A DNA stretch of 63,685 nt, filler included, from Craspedostauros australis (Eukaryota), in assembly GCA_030167865.1 (NCBI GenBank). It is 17 parts of 17 records of this genome, joined end to end, with 100 filler letters (N's around TTAATTAATTAA, not from the genome) between each part and the next. Parts side by side here need not be neighbours in the genome. Positions count along the whole stretch, not along the records: positions 1 to 1,872 come from JALAGF010002888.1; positions 1,973 to 3,844 come from JALAGF010002889.1; positions 3,945 to 5,646 come from JALAGF010002890.1; positions 5,747 to 7,396 come from JALAGF010002891.1; positions 7,497 to 9,952 come from JALAGF010002892.1; positions 10,053 to 11,512 come from JALAGF010002893.1; 11 more parts are not named here. One strand, given 5' to 3'. Position numbers and translations under genes: made by a program. This document shows, piece after piece, positions 1 to 11,512 of the stretch; position 1 is the stretch's first letter; each line of letters starts with the position of its first letter. The notes beneath the pieces are model-generated. The model worked only from the letters and a program-made list of their open reading frames with translations. It was not told the origin of the DNA and did not search any database.

Positions 1-1
1 A

Positions 2-1336
2 CAGAATGGTGACGGCACTCGCACCAGAGCTCAGCTTCCAGCCTCTACCAAGCGAGATGAGCTAAACCAGACGATCTGCGATGGGATCATGGCGCAGGAT
101 GAACTGACGGAGTGGGATGCCATGCACCGCAACAAGGCCAGCCTGCGACGATCTGCCTTCCTTGCCACCCGCTCCATCTATGGCGTCGTCTTNCTCGCCT
201 TCATGCCANTGCTGGGAGTNACGCTGTTCGCATTGACGATCTCATGGAACACGATCCCGATCGATCTCTACGATGGCATGATNGATGCACTGAAGGTATT
301 GACGGNCATGTTCCAGACCATCTTTGCTATCATTGCCATCTTCATATGGAACGGCCACAGCCTCCTGGCCTACGTCGACGCCTCACTCTGCCTCGTTACC
401 CCGTTCGCTGACTGGGGATGGTTCCGCATGTATGACAATCACGGCAGGCTCGACGATGGACATCTGGCCTTGTTCTGTCTACTGACACTGTACATGACAG
501 CCCGAGTGTGGACGAAGGCAGTGCTGCCACGGCACAAGTCATGGAAGAGGCAGATTAACCGGGATGAAGCCACCAAGCTCGATTCCCTGAAGGTCATGTG
601 GACCACACGGTCCGTCTCGCAAGTGTCCAAGATCCTCCCGGATATCCTCGTGGTCTGGGATGCATTGGTCAAAGCATGGGGCATCGAAAATGCTCTGCAA
701 GTGTGCCGCTTCAGCATCTTCATCACCGATCGGGACACCGACGCATGCGATGCGCTGAAGACGGAGATTGAACATACATCGCTCTACAAGTGCGGCGCCA
801 TTCAGTTCCGTCGCATCGACCTGCCACGCATCATCGAAGATCACACGCTCGAGATGATCAAGACGCAAGCCATGTCGTATTCGATGCTGGCGTTTTGCGG
901 CTCGCCGGAGCTTGCCTCTCGCGTCCAGCTGTGCAAGATCTCAAACGATATGGTGACGGCCATGACGGGAAATGGCAGGCACCAGATGGACTTCGTCTCC
1001 GAGAATTATGGTGGATCGAAGACAGCAAAGACGGAGAAGGTGACCAACGACAAGCAAGACTCTGGTGTTGTCAGTGGCCATGATGTCACTCCGCAGAAAA
1101 GAGGCTCCAGCCAACCGTTGGCAACACGCAGGGTCTCCCAGTATGCGTTGCCTCATCACGATGATGATATCGTGAAGTCCAAAATGAACCGTCTCTCGTC
1201 CCAGCGCACGGGCATGAGCATGTTGATTGACGGGCGTGATCAATACCGTTCCTCGCAAATGAGCATGAACATTGCCATGGCCATTGCCGAACTTGAGCAA
1301 TCTTGCGAATCTGAGTCCGACACTGTTGCAGCATAA
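2..1336 (+). CDS. C-terminal part of an NADPH oxidase/ferric reductase-like (FNR-family) protein, 5'-truncated, with transmembrane segments before the NAD(P)H-binding motifs
   Basis: Frame is open from base 2. About 4 hydrophobic segments are followed by VMWTTRS (WxxR), AFCGSPEL (CG motif) and DFVSENYG (terminal ExF/Y motif), typical of the NAD-binding domain of NOX/FRE proteins. Confidence 0.6.
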   Translation, partial: QNGDGTRTRAQLPASTKRDELNQTICDGIMAQDELTEWDAMHRNKASLRRSAFLATRSIYGVVXLAFMPXLGXTLFALTISWNTIPIDLYDGMXDALKVLTXMFQTIFAIIAIFIWNGHSLLAYVDASLCLVTPFADWGWFRMYDNHGRLDDGHLALFCLLTLYMTARVWTKAVLPRHKSWKRQINRDEATKLDSLKVMWTTRSVSQVSKILPDILVVWDALVKAWGIENALQVCRFSIFITDRDTDACDALKTEIEHTSLYKCGAIQFRRIDLPRIIEDHTLEMIKTQAMSYSMLAFCGSPELASRVQLCKISNDMVTAMTGNGRHQMDFVSENYGGSKTAKTEKVTNDKQDSGVVSGHDVTPQKRGSSQPLATRRVSQYALPHHDDDIVKSKMNRLSSQRTGMSMLIDGRDQYRSSQMSMNIAMAIAELEQSCESESDTVAA

Positions 1337-1916
1337 GGTGCTGCGGAATCGAACCGCTCTGCCTACCAGGCCACCTTAGTCGAAGCTGCGACTGTCTAGA
1401 GATACAAATACCTGTTCTAACACGACACAACCTGAACACGGAATTGTGGGATAATATGGTATCCAAGACTCAGAAAGTCCTGCAGTCGAGAACTACCGTC
1501 CCGGACAACATTCTACTTCAAATCGGGTCCTGGAGGAAAGGCATGGTTGGTTCAAGCCGTTCTGCCAACCAACGCCACCGTAAACACGGATGCACAATAC
1601 ATTCAAACCAAAAAGAGGAGAAACTTCGGAGAGCAAAGCGAACGCCAAGCAAACCAATGAAGCAAGATCCATGCATAATCATTCTCACAATTTAGTTTCT
1701 TAGTTACACTTCATTCCTGAGTACTAGTTGTCACCAGTGAGCCAGGCAGTGTCCTCGTCCAAAACGGGTAAGTCCGCTGCTGGGAAACAACGGGAATCGA
1801 AACGAACAGCCGCTCCCCATCGTATTGGTAGGCTCATGCGATCAGTGTGGATCGGGCACTGAAGGGGGAAGANNNNNNNNNNNNNNNNNNNNNNNNNNNN
1901 NNNNNNNNNNNNNNNN

Positions 1917-1928
1917 TTAATTAATTAA
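1917..1928. other. Artificial contig linker TTAATTAATTAA flanked by 44 N on each side. First of 16; the others start at 3889, 5691, 7441, 9997, 11557, 12745, 14151, 15904, 17443, 19141, 21570, 39087, 51396, 59783 and 62180
   Basis: Identical palindromic 12-mer giving stop codons in all six frames, always centred in an N run. Confidence 0.98.
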
Positions 1929-1973
1929 NNNNNNNNNNNNNNNNNNNNNNNNNNNNNNNNNNNNNNNNNNNNA

Positions 1974-3308
1974 CAGAATGGTGACGGCACTCGCACCAGA
2001 GCTCAGCTTCCAGCCTCTACCAAGCGAGATGAGCTAAACCAGACGATCTGCGATGGGATCATGGCGCAGGATGAACTGACGGAGTGGGATGCCATGCACC
2101 GCAACAAGGCCAGCCTGCGACGATCTGCCTTCCTTGCCACCCGCTCCATCTATGGCGTCGTCTTNCTCGCCTTCATGCCANTGCTGGGAGTNACGCTGTT
2201 CGCATTGACGATCTCATGGAACACGATCCCGATCGATCTCTACGATGGCATGATCGATGCACTGAAGGTATTGACGGTCATGTTCCAGACCATCTTTGCT
2301 ATCATTGCCATCTTCATTTGGAACGGCCACAGCCTCCTGGCCTACGTCGACGCCTCACTCTGCTTCGTCAGCCCGTTCGCTGACTGGGGATGGTTCCGCA
2401 TGTATGACAATCACGGCAGGCTCGACGATGGACATCTGGCCTTGTTCTGTCTGCTGACACTGTACATGACAGCCCGAGTGTGGGCGAAGGCAGTGCTGCC
2501 ACGGCACAAGTCATGGAAGAGGCAGATTAACCNGGATGAAGCCACCAAGCTCGATTCCCTGAAGGTCATGTGGACCACGCGGTCCGTCTCGCAAGTGTCC
2601 AAGATCCTCCCGGACATCCTCGTGGTCTGGGATGCATTGGTCAAAGCATGGGGCATCGAAAATGCTCTGCAAGTGTGCCGCTTCAGCATCTTCATCACCG
2701 ATCGGGACACCGACGCATGCGATGCGCTGAAGACGGAGATCGAACATACATCGCTCTACAAGTGCGGCGCCATTCAGTTCCGTCGCATCGACCTGCCACG
2801 CATCATCGAGGATCACACGCTCGAGATGATCAAGACGCAAGCCATGTCGTATTCGATGCTGGCGTTTTGCGGCTCGCAGGAGCTTGCCTCTCGCGTCCAG
2901 CTGTGCAAGATCTCAAACGATATGGTGACGGCCATGACAGGAAATGGCAGGCACCAGATGGACTTCGTCTCCGAGAATTATGGTGGATCGAAGACGGCAA
3001 AGGTGGAGAAGGTGACCAGCGACAAGCAAGACTCTGGTGTTGTCAGTGGCCATGATGTCACTCCGCAGAAAAGGGGCTCCAGCCAACCGTTGGCAACACG
3101 CAGGGTCTCCCAGTATGCGTTGCCTCATCACGATGATGATATCGTGAAGTCCAAAATGAACCGTCTCTCGTCCCAGCGCACGGGCATGAGCATGTTGATT
3201 GACGGGCGTGATCAATACCGTTCCTCGCAAATGAGCATGAACATTGCCATGGCCATTGCCGAACTTGAGCAATCTTGCGAATCTGAGTCCGACACTGTTG
3301 CAGCATAA
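1974..3308 (+). CDS. Second near-identical copy (allele or paralog) of the NOX/FRE-like fragment
   Basis: Contig 1973-3844 has the same length and boundaries as contig 1-1872, with scattered SNPs in the CDS (e.g. CLVTP/CFVSP, GSPEL/GSQEL). Confidence 0.6.
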   Translation, partial: QNGDGTRTRAQLPASTKRDELNQTICDGIMAQDELTEWDAMHRNKASLRRSAFLATRSIYGVVXLAFMPXLGXTLFALTISWNTIPIDLYDGMIDALKVLTVMFQTIFAIIAIFIWNGHSLLAYVDASLCFVSPFADWGWFRMYDNHGRLDDGHLALFCLLTLYMTARVWAKAVLPRHKSWKRQINXDEATKLDSLKVMWTTRSVSQVSKILPDILVVWDALVKAWGIENALQVCRFSIFITDRDTDACDALKTEIEHTSLYKCGAIQFRRIDLPRIIEDHTLEMIKTQAMSYSMLAFCGSQELASRVQLCKISNDMVTAMTGNGRHQMDFVSENYGGSKTAKVEKVTSDKQDSGVVSGHDVTPQKRGSSQPLATRRVSQYALPHHDDDIVKSKMNRLSSQRTGMSMLIDGRDQYRSSQMSMNIAMAIAELEQSCESESDTVAA

Positions 3309-4045
3309 GGTGCTGCGGAATCGAACCGCTCTGCCTACCAGGCCACCTTAGTCGAAGCTGCGACTGTCTAGAGATACAAATACCTGTTCTAACACGACAC
3401 AACCTGAACACGGAATTGTGGGATAATATGGTATCCAAGACTCAGAAAGTCCTGCAGTCGAGAACTACCGTCCCGGACAACATTCTACTTCAAATCGGGT
3501 CCTGGAGGAAAGGCATGGTTGGTTCAAGCCGTTCTGCCAACCAACGCCACCGTAAACACGGATGCACAATACATTCAAACCAAAAAGAGGAGAAACTTCG
3601 GAGAGCAAAGCGAACGCCAAGCAAACCAATGAAGCAAGATCCATGCATAATCATTCTCACAATTTAGTTTCTTAGTTACACTTCATTCCTGAGTACTAGT
3701 TGTCACCAGTGAGCCAGGCAGTGTCCTCGTCCAAAACGGGTAAGTCCGCTGCTGGGAAACAACGGGAATCGAAACGAACAGCCGCTCCCCATCGTATTGG
3801 TAGGCTCATGCGATCAGTGTGGATCGGGCACTGAAGGGGGAAGANNNNNNNNNNNNNNNNNNNNNNNNNNNNNNNNNNNNNNNNNNNNTTAATTAATTAA
3901 NNNNNNNNNNNNNNNNNNNNNNNNNNNNNNNNNNNNNNNNNNNNCAATGCCGGCTGGTTGACTTGGTTCCTCTCATTGATCGCCCAACCACAGAGACAGC
4001 CACCACCAGAAGAATCACAACATTGGCAGCAATGACAGAAACGAC

Positions 4046-4945
4046 GTGGTTGAGGCATCAAAAGAGGATGGTTGGTGCCATCTGCACCGCGTGCATGGTG
4101 GTGGCAACGAACTCACTGTCATCCCCGTCGTCCCCGTCATCCTCACTCCAACACAGAAGCGAAGCAGTAGCAATGGGAGTGGGAATGAGAATCACCAACC
4201 AATACGAAAGATTGCCGTGATCGGCGGTGGCATCGCCGGTCTCTCCTTGGCGCATGCCTTCGACAACAACAGCAATAACGACACCAACGGCAACAACGTC
4301 GCTTGGAAGGCATCATCCGAGGCCAAACGCATCCAGCAACAGATGTGACAGCAGATCGACGATGCCAAGATCCCCACGCACACCACAAGGCCCATCATCG
4401 ATCGACTCATCGACAATGCCGATCGTTTCTTCGAGTTGGGGATCCACCTCCACAATCCCTTTGCGCGATGGACCAAGGTGATGATGGGCACCACTGGCAA
4501 CCGCAACGGCGACTGCAGCTGCAGCGGCAACTGCAATGGAAGCACTTGCAAAGGCGTAGATGCGGATAGGGCCGCCGTCTTGATTGTCTGCGGTGATGCG
4601 GCGCACGCCATGCCGCCGTTCCTTGGACAGGGCACCAATCAGGCCATCCAATACGTCTACTGTCTGGCCAATGTCATTCGTCAATACAATATGCAGCACG
4701 ATGAACAAGCCAATGGTGAGAACGGCCTCGAAGACATCCTGAAGACAGAATACAAGGACAAGCGATGGCCTACCACCACGAGCATCATGGACATCACAGG
4801 TGTCACGGCCAAGGCTGGGCTGCTGGGAAACCTGGAGGCCTCGCCGGGGCCGTTGACCAAGTTCCGGGATGTGTCCTTCTTCGTCATGGACAAGACGAGC
4901 GTTGCGAAGAAGATCTTTCTGGATGCTACTGTTCCGAGGATATGA
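4046..4945 (+). pseudogene. FAD-dependent monooxygenase (salicylate hydroxylase/zeaxanthin epoxidase-like fold) pseudogene
   Basis: IAVIGGGIAGLSLA Rossmann motif and GDAAHAMPPFLGQGTNQAI motif lie in one frame, separated by an in-frame TGA at 4346-4348. The central domain, including the DG motif, is missing. Confidence 0.8.
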
Positions 4946-5746
4946 GAATGTGCGGAGCAATGTAAAATCGTGATGTGATGCAGATAGACTCTGTGGACGG
5001 CTTTCACTTGTTGTTGATGGACCAGCCATACTCGTACGATCTAGACATTCCATACTTCTCACCAACCACAACACGCAATCACAATTGCAATCAGAATCAC
5101 AAGCGAACACCTCCCAATCAACTGATCAACCAACCATCTCCCTTATTCTGTGCCACGAGCACGAGTGCACATGCATCGAGTACGCCCATGCTCCACCAAT
5201 GCATTATAATTATTCGGAGTAAGGCTGCAAAGTATCCTATTGTACTCGTACTATCTCAATCATCGGTGCACTCGGCCTTTCTTTGCAAACTGTCAAGTGG
5301 AACCTTCGTCGCTTTGGCGAGTATGGCCAGTCCGTTATCACTTCCGATGCTCTGGCAGAAGCGCTTTGATCTATTCCAGGCGACGTCTTGTCTTTGCTGG
5401 TTCTTCTCTTGGGCAGTGGGATCCTTCTCAACTTGGACGAGCTGACCTGCTCTCTTGTCATGCCTTGCCCGCTTCAACATCTCACTGCCCTGCAACAGAA
5501 GATGGAAAGTCTCGTTCGTGGAACCCATTGGACCCCAACGTCGGATTCTTGTCATCAGCATCTTCCCAAACAGGGCCAGCGGCCGCGACCATGTTGGAAG
5601 GGAACACAGCACTGCTCTCACCTTGTTGCGATGATTTCGCCGCAAGNNNNNNNNNNNNNNNNNNNNNNNNNNNNNNNNNNNNNNNNNNNNTTAATTAATT
5701 AANNNNNNNNNNNNNNNNNNNNNNNNNNNNNNNNNNNNNNNNNNNN

Positions 5747-6246
5747 GATCCCCAACTCGAAGAAACGATCGGCATTGTCGATGAGTCGATCGATGATGGG
5801 CCTTGTGGTGTGCGTGGGGATCTTGGCATCGTCGATCTGCTGTCACATCTGTTGCTGGATGCGTTTGGCCTCGGATGATGCCTTCCAAGCGACGTTGTTG
5901 CCGTTGGTGTCGTTATTGCTGTTGTTGTCGAAGGCATGCGCCAAGGAGAGACCGGCGATGCCACCGCCGATCACGGCAATCTTTCGTATTGGTTGGTGAT
6001 TCTCATTCCCACTCCCATTGCTACTGCTTCGCTTCTGTGTTGGAGTGAGGATGACGGGGACGACGGGGATGACAGTGAGTTCGTTGCCACCACCATGCAC
6101 GCGGTGCAGATGGCACCAACCATCCTCTTTTGATGCCTCAACCACGTCGTTTCTGTCATTGCTGCCAATGTTGTGATTCTTCTGGTGGTGGCTGTCTCTG
6201 TGGTTGGGCGATCAATGAGAGGAACCAAGTCAACCAGCCGGCATTG
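5747..6246 (-). repeat. Reverse-complement copy of ~3945-4444 (5' part of the monooxygenase pseudogene); overlapping contig ends
   Basis: Identical translated ORFs at 4046..4348(+) and 5843..6145(-); the match runs to both contig edges. Confidence 0.9.
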
Positions 6247-7496
6247 TTCGAAGTCTCTCTCTGGAAGCAGAGAGAGAGAGAGTTGGTATCGTACTCTGTG
6301 GATAGACGCTTGATGGCAACGGTGATCATCAGTGAGCGTTGCGGTTGTGACGATCTGTCTCAGTCTTCTGCAGCGATGTCTGCAGAAGCACCACCATGGC
6401 CATCGTCATCGTCATCGCCACAGAACGAATCCTCTCGCACACGCTCCGTGTTGATCAAACGACTGATGGTTGATTCGTTCGCCACAGAGTCCGCAATGAT
6501 TGAGTGAGGCGAGATGAGTCCTGGATACGTTTGTTGTCGATTGAAACACGAGTGGTGTCATCATTGTCGTCATCACCATCATCCTCTCAACGAAACGCGA
6601 GAAATGCCTCTGATTTCCACGGAAGAAGTCATCGTGGTGGATTTCTCGCATTGTGGATCCGCTCACCGCAGTCGTTCGATGACATCCAACGGCCGAAGCA
6701 CATAGCATGCATTCGTATGGCACAATGGTTGACTCCCCCAAGACTATCACAGAGAGATGTGCTATACTCATATTACACGATCTATGGTATCACATGAAGA
6801 GGCACAACTGCACAGCGTGGACAAGTTGGGCACCATCGAAGATCGTATCGTGTGAGCGAGCTAGCGAGCTGGCCAGCTTCGGATCATGATGTGGCTGTCC
6901 ACGGTCGCATCACACCATACCATGCCGTACACAGTGGTGGAACTACGCAAGTCCATGCAAGCGTGTTGACTGACGACACGTGGCTTCGTGATCAATGCAC
7001 AGGATCATGACATGGAGGACAGCAAACTTGAGCAAATGAGCTCACAATCGCCATCCAAGCGCAACTGATTTGGGACCACATACCTACTCTACATACTCTG
7101 CCTNNNNNNNCAGCTCTACTCATACGATTGTGCCACAATCAACAATAATCAGCAACAATCGGCATCAGCCGTAACAACTGCGACGACAGTGACAACAAGA
7201 AACGGATGAACTGCAACATGGATGATGTCGCCAACACCAACCATGACCCTCACTTCGAGGCATTCTGGAAACAGCTCCATGGCAAAGAGCTGTCATCGAA
7301 GACCGTGTTCAGCGCGCAGTGCTCAACAGCAAAGCAGATCGACTGCTACAGTGTCACACCCAAGCGGAAGGAACACTGGGACATGGCGATCAAATCNNNN
7401 NNNNNNNNNNNNNNNNNNNNNNNNNNNNNNNNNNNNNNNNTTAATTAATTAANNNNNNNNNNNNNNNNNNNNNNNNNNNNNNNNNNNNNNNNNNNN

Positions 7497-9952
7497 GGAC
7501 ATCTGGCTTGCCAACAGCAGAGCTTCTTATCACATCGTGAATTCAGATGCCGCCCTCTTCTTCGTGCGGCACATCAAGTCATTCGTCCGAGTGGGAGACA
7601 GCACAAAACTGGACTCTCCCAAGATTGGCTCCATCAAACTGCAGATCAAGCAACAAGACAACACTGGCCACACCATCTGGCTCGATGATGTGAAGTACAC
7701 ACCCAAGATGACAGTGAACCTTTTCTCTATGAACAAGGCTCTGTACAACAGTTACCAGCTTGGTAACAACGGCATTCTGATGGACATCATCAACAGATCC
7801 GGAACGAAGATTGTGTTCGATCGAGTCTTCCCCACATCCAACGGATTCATCACGGGAGTGCAGATGCATCCCATCATGCCAACNGACNACGACAAGGNTT
7901 GCACAGCCATCGTCAAGAATCCATCCAAGGAGATCAGCGCGGTGAACTTGCATCGAATGCTCGGCCACGCGCCACTCGAGACCATGAAGCAGACAGCCGC
8001 TCAGTACGGATGGAAGATCAGATCACTGCTGGAGTTTCTTTCTGAAGAACAAAAGTGATCAACCAGGATACATCAAACAATTTGTGCAAACGATCAAGTC
8101 ACAGACAGGTGACCAACAGATCATCTTCCGAGGTGACAACAGCGGAGAGAACAAATCCACGCAGGATATTCTCATCGATGCAGGACTGAACGTGAAATTC
8201 GAGTTCATGGCATCGAACACGCCGCAACAGAACGGCAGAGTGGAACGCAAGTTCGCGTACCTCTACACCAAGATCCGCTCCATGCTCAACGGAGCACAAC
8301 TCGACAAAGAGTATAGGCACGGCCTGTGGGCAGCAGCTGCAAGCACTACCACCGCCATCGCCAACATCACCGTAGCAAAAAACCAGAAGGAGTCACCACA
8401 TTGACAATTCTTCGGCAGCGATCCACCATACGCGGATGCACTCCGCACATTTGGAGAGGTGGTTGTTGTGAAGACTACCTACGGCAGGATCACCGCCAAA
8501 CTCAAGAATAGAGGAGAAGAGATGGTGTTCATTGGATATGCACACCAACATACATCAGGGGTCTACAACATGTACAGACCATTGACCAAGTCACTGGTCT
8601 GTTCTCGCGACATCAAATGGCTCAACCAATCATATGGACAGTTCCGTGGCTGGGCACCAGCACCGAACATATCCAGCGAAGTAGGAACGACAGACGCAGA
8701 CGGCTTCACAACCATTGGACGGAAGGGAGCAATGCCAAGGACGGCAATGCATCGAACATCAGAAGAGAAGAGAGTATCTTTCACTGACACGAACAGGTAT
8801 CACATCTTATCAGATAGCAACCATGAGGATGATGAGGACGATGGAGTAGTGACTCAACTAATCCATAACGACAAGGAAGATCGGAGCGAATCCAATCATG
8901 AGGATGACGAGGTCCCACCATCCGGCGACAAAGCCGACGATGACACAGGCGTTACTCCTCCGAACACACCAGCAAGGTCTACACATGACACACCATTGAG
9001 ATCTCCACCAAGCAAACCAAGCAAGCGTGACATGGCTAGAAAGGAGAGAATCCGACGTCATGAAGCACGAGGCAGGAAGGGAGAAACTAATCCCAAACCA
9101 ACTGCAGGGAAGAGCATTCCCAGAGCTCTGCGTGAGCTCGCAGACTTCAATGAACGAGGTCGAAAGGAGGAAGGCTATGAGAGCGAATCATCATCAAACG
9201 AAGAGAGTGACGAACTCAGCGATGAGATAACTGACGAATCCAACAACGAAACTACAGATGACGAAGAAATCGTAGACGGAGAAGAAGAGATCGAAATCAC
9301 TCATCATAGCACAACTGGACTATATGGGATGAATGCAATCATCACCGAGTCACCGGCGATCGACATCGGATTGTCGATGCAGGACGAGAACAAAGAACCA
9401 GAGAAGCACATCGAGCCAACGACATTCGATGAAGCCTTCAACCACCCAGATCCCATCCATCAAAAGGGATATCGAGCAGCCATCAAGAAGGAGTTCGACT
9501 CCATGGATACACGAGAGGTGTACAGCAAGATCAAACGAGACGCCATCCCATGCGGCCGCAGATGCTGCAAGTGCAAATGGGTCTTCAAGCTGAAACGTGA
9601 CGGCACACATCGAGCACGGCTTGTTGCATGTGGCTATTCACAAGTCGCAGGAGTAGACTTCCAAGAGCATTACTCACCCGTCATCCATGACGTGACCTAT
9701 TGGGTCATGATGGTGATCATGCTGATCAAGAAGATGGACTGCGCACTCGTCGATGTCGTAACGGCATTCCTACATGGAGACCTCAACAAGGAGATCTACA
9801 TGAACTGTCCCAATGGGATGGATCATCAACCAGACGAAGCCCTGACCCTACACGAGCCAATCTACGGGCTTGTGCAGAGCGCCAGGCAGTGGTTCAAGAT
9901 GTTGGTGTCGACCCTCAAGAATATCAACTTCGAACAGAGCGCAGCAGACCCG
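7497..9952 (+). mobile_element. Ty1/Copia (CoDi-like) LTR retrotransposon pol fragment, degenerate: protease, GAG-pre-integrase, integrase, RT
   Basis: WLANSRASYHI (decayed DSGAS), LHRMLGH, RGDNSGEN..NTPQQNGRVERKF, CKWVFKLK..RARLVACGYSQVAGVDF, VDVVTAFLHGDL, IYGLVQSARQW. Internal deletion/frameshift near 8020 and a TGA at 8402-8404. Confidence 0.95.
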
Positions 9953-10052
9953 NNNNNNNNNNNNNNNNNNNNNNNNNNNNNNNNNNNNNNNNNNNNTTAA
10001 TTAATTAANNNNNNNNNNNNNNNNNNNNNNNNNNNNNNNNNNNNNNNNNNNN

Positions 10053-11512
10053 GAGCGGACACGAGATGGTACTCTCTGCGAAAGACATGCCGCTCTGCAT
10101 GTTGGTGTCCGACGACTACATCGAAGACTCCTTCTTTGATAACTTCGAATGCGTCGGAAGTGACGACGAAGTGCAGGACGATGAGATCGTCCCGGAGTGG
10201 CTCAGCGAGGAGCCAATCATCCACGAGGTGGATCCAAGACGCGAAGTGAGCTATGAATGCTGCTTCAACGCGCACGACCTGATCGGTTCATACGGCGACG
10301 AAGCTGAGATGGACGACGAGGCCAACAATAGCGACATCGAAGAGGCCATGAGCGATGACGACGACGACACCAACGAGAACGGCGTAGATGAAGACGACGA
10401 GGCGAACCGCGGCGCGGCGCCGCCTCCTCCAGCGGCGGGGAACAACAGATCGGGCATCTTCGACGAGGATGACAGCGACGAATCCGAAGACAGCAATCAT
10501 CCAGATGACAGCTTCAACCCAAACGAGCGTGTCGTCTATCCAAGAGACATCGACTTCCCACCGATTGAGAATCCCAACGAGTCCAACTTCCTCCATCGTC
10601 ACGACACCATCCCATATGCAACAGAAACAGCATTGGTGATCCAGAAGCAACTCATCTTCGATGCTGTAATGGAAGCAGGAACGAACCTCTTCCCAGGGCA
10701 CGTGCAAGGAGTGCTCAGACCGATATGGGTGAACATGATGGGGTCCATCCTGTCCGAGAACTTCAGATCCATCGAAGAGATTCTCGCCAATTCGGTCGTC
10801 ATCAACCGCATACTCGAAGCGAACGAGACAGAGACGATCCCAGAAACGGATCTACACTACATCCTTGGAGGATGCATGCGTGTACTCTTGCGCGAGCGAC
10901 CACGCGTCCATCCATACGATGCAGCCACAGGATCACATCGAAGCAACACGATTCCATCGGACTACGCGCAACTACCCGATAACATGGATGACGAGGAACA
11001 TCACAATCCATACAACGAAAATGGAGTTCACGAAGATGACGATGACGGCAGCTTCAACGACGAGATAGCTGCGGCAGCCGTGGAGCAGCTCCACGAACTC
11101 AGCACCAGATACAAGGACAAGGTCAACAAGAACACTTGGCTCGCCGACAGCGGAGACTCGTGTCACATCGTCAATTCGGAAGCCGCTCTCTTCAATGTGC
11201 GGCACATCAAGTCATTCGTCCAAGTGGGAGACAGCACGAAGCTGGACTCTCCCAAAATGGGATCCATTCGCTTGAAGGTCAAGCAACGAGACAACACTGG
11301 CCACATCATCCGGCTCGATGACGTGAAGTACACACCGAAAATGGTGGTGAACCTTTTCTCCACGAACAAGGCTCTGTACAACGGTTACCAGCTTGGTAGC
11401 AACGGCATTCTGATGGACATCATCAACAGATCCGGAACGAAGATCGTATTCGACCGAGTCTTCCCCACAGCCAACGGATTCATCACGGGAGTGCAGATGC
11501 ATCCCATCATGC
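10053..11512 (+). mobile_element. Copia gag-protease region fragment (same family), with an extra internal domain
   Basis: Open frame 10066-11512; WLADSGDSCHI protease motif; downstream sequence nearly identical to 7500-7880 and 13030-13410. Confidence 0.93.

Noticed and set aside
1873..1972. Recurrent TTAATTAATTAA as a biological repeat or piggyBac TTAA site
   Set aside because: Always embedded in fixed-length N runs; an artificial six-frame-stop linker
1..3844. Tandem gene duplication
   Set aside because: The copies are separate contigs with identical boundaries, so physical adjacency is not shown
4346..4348. Selenocysteine or readthrough TGA in the monooxygenase
   Set aside because: Not a Cys-type position, and the gene also lacks its central domain
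3945..6246. Large inverted repeat or TIR element
   Set aside because: The arms are on different contigs and end at contig edges; this is an assembly overlap
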